Positions 63,071 to 64,000 of a stretch of 64,000 nt of DNA are shown here, piece by piece. Made by a program: the position numbers and the translations under genes. The notes beneath the pieces are model-generated. The model searched no databases, was not told where the DNA came from, and worked only from the letters and a program-made list of their open reading frames with translations. Source of the DNA: a virus; the IMG/VR virus record IMGVR_UViG_3300028563_000014, positions 1 to 64,000 of that record; one strand, written 5' to 3'. Within the stretch, counting starts at the first letter, position 1. Each line of letters opens with the position of its first letter.

Positions 63071-64000
63071 TCACCGGTCCACCGGCCCCGGCAACACCAC
63101 CGGCCGCTCGACCACCGTGACCGCATCCGCGGCGAACGCGGCCTCTGCCGGCGCCGGGTCGACCACCGAGAACGTTGGCACCACCACCGGCGGCGGGCAG
63201 GCCCGCAGGAACCGCTCGCCCGCCGCGCCCCAGTCCAGGTTCCGGAACCACGCCTCCACCGCCAGGTGCTGCCCGGCCCCGCCGTGGTCCGGGACGTACG
63301 CGTGCTCGTGGCAGCAGCAGGCGAAGACCACGGGCCAGCCGGCCGGCGCGCCGCCATCGTTCAGCGCCAGGTTGCGCAGGCGCCCCTCGCCAGGATCCCA
63401 GCACGTCAGCGCCCAGGCGTCGGCGCCCATCGCGAGCTGCCGCAGGTCCGCCTGCCAGTCGTCAACCGAGCCGTACGCGAGAGCCAGCGCAGCCTGCAGC
63501 GGCGCCGCGCTGGCTCCTCCGGCTGTCACTCCCGCTACCGCGCCGCCCGCTCCCGCCAGCCCCTGGAAGAAAATCTCATGCAGGACGGCATCTTGCGCGG
63601 CCTCCGTCTCCTCTCGCGCCACCTGCGCGCGCTCCGGCGGCGTCACCTTGGGTTTTCCCAGGTAATCGGCCACGGTTCCCGCCAGGCGGGTAAACGGCTC
63701 CTGGTAGCCGGGCAGGCTGGTGGCGGGGTCGCCGTAGAACAGGCCGAGGCCCGTGACCATTAGCGCCACCGTCTCCAGCTTGAAGGCGGCGCGCGAGTCC
63801 TCCTGGTAGCCCTCCGTGTCCCCGCCGAGCCAGGCGGCGAAGGTCTCGGCCCAGTCCTCGTCCGGGTGCTTCTGGGCGTAATGGGCCATCTGGCCCTGGC
63901 CCGGCCGGTCGAGGTTCCGGACGTAGTCGGCGGCGCGGGCGGGGTCCGGCTCATAGGCGTCGAGGTACGGGCGAGCGAAGTCCCCGAAGGCGGTGCGCCA
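63071..64000 (-). CDS. putative Zn-metallopeptidase domain fused to an Fe/Mn-SOD-like C-terminal domain (5' partial)
   Basis: Frame open to window end: WRTAFGDFARPY...YAQKHPDEDWAETFA, then LHEIFF...YGSVDDW...HEHAYVPDHG...WFRNLDW. Confidence 0.75.
   Translation of the reverse strand, partial: WRTAFGDFARPYLDAYEPDPARAADYVRNLDRPGQGQMAHYAQKHPDEDWAETFAAWLGGDTEGYQEDSRAAFKLETVALMVTGLGLFYGDPATSLPGYQEPFTRLAGTVADYLGKPKVTPPERAQVAREETEAAQDAVLHEIFFQGLAGAGGAVAGVTAGGASAAPLQAALALAYGSVDDWQADLRQLAMGADAWALTCWDPGEGRLRNLALNDGGAPAGWPVVFACCCHEHAYVPDHGGAGQHLAVEAWFRNLDWGAAGERFLRACPPPVVVPTFSVVDPAPAEAAFAADAVTVVERPVVLPGPVDR

Noticed and set aside
1-64000. Many long plus-strand ORFs (e.g. 45420-48497, 50806-52959, 26415-28220)
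   Set aside because: They are antisense shadows of minus-strand genes in high-GC DNA, with Arg/Pro-rich translations and no motifs

Overview
The whole 64 kb window is part of a very GC-rich tailed-phage (or prophage) genome with a contractile tail. Essentially all real genes are on the minus strand; the plus-strand ORFs are GC-rich shadows. Reading from the right end, the modules are: (1) a truncated Zn-metallopeptidase/SOD-like fusion and a stand-alone terminase nuclease domain; (2) portal, minor head, scaffold and major capsid; (3) head-tail joining genes, sheath, tube, a -1 frameshifted tail chaperone pair, tape measure and baseplate; (4) fibre genes, a glycosyltransferase, and three fibre/adhesin-like genes that all carry Sec-type signal peptides; (5) a lysis-like region with a papain-like protease and lipoproteins; (6) RuvC-like resolvase, a DUF932-like gene split by a direct-repeat-flanked cassette, sigma factor, SF2 helicase, PAPS-reductase-family gene, initiator with internal origin, DnaB, and a UvsY/gp32/RecA/SbcD-like recombination block. 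Non-coding signals include 14 fixed-geometry promoters (10 apparently leaderless), a 12-bp motif ahead of the DNA-metabolism genes, and several structured intergenic RNA candidates. No integrase, DNA polymerase, tRNA or CRISPR array was seen. All family calls come from reading motifs and synteny by eye, not from database searches. A Myxococcota-like host is only a guess from GC content and the Cys-rich lipoproteins.
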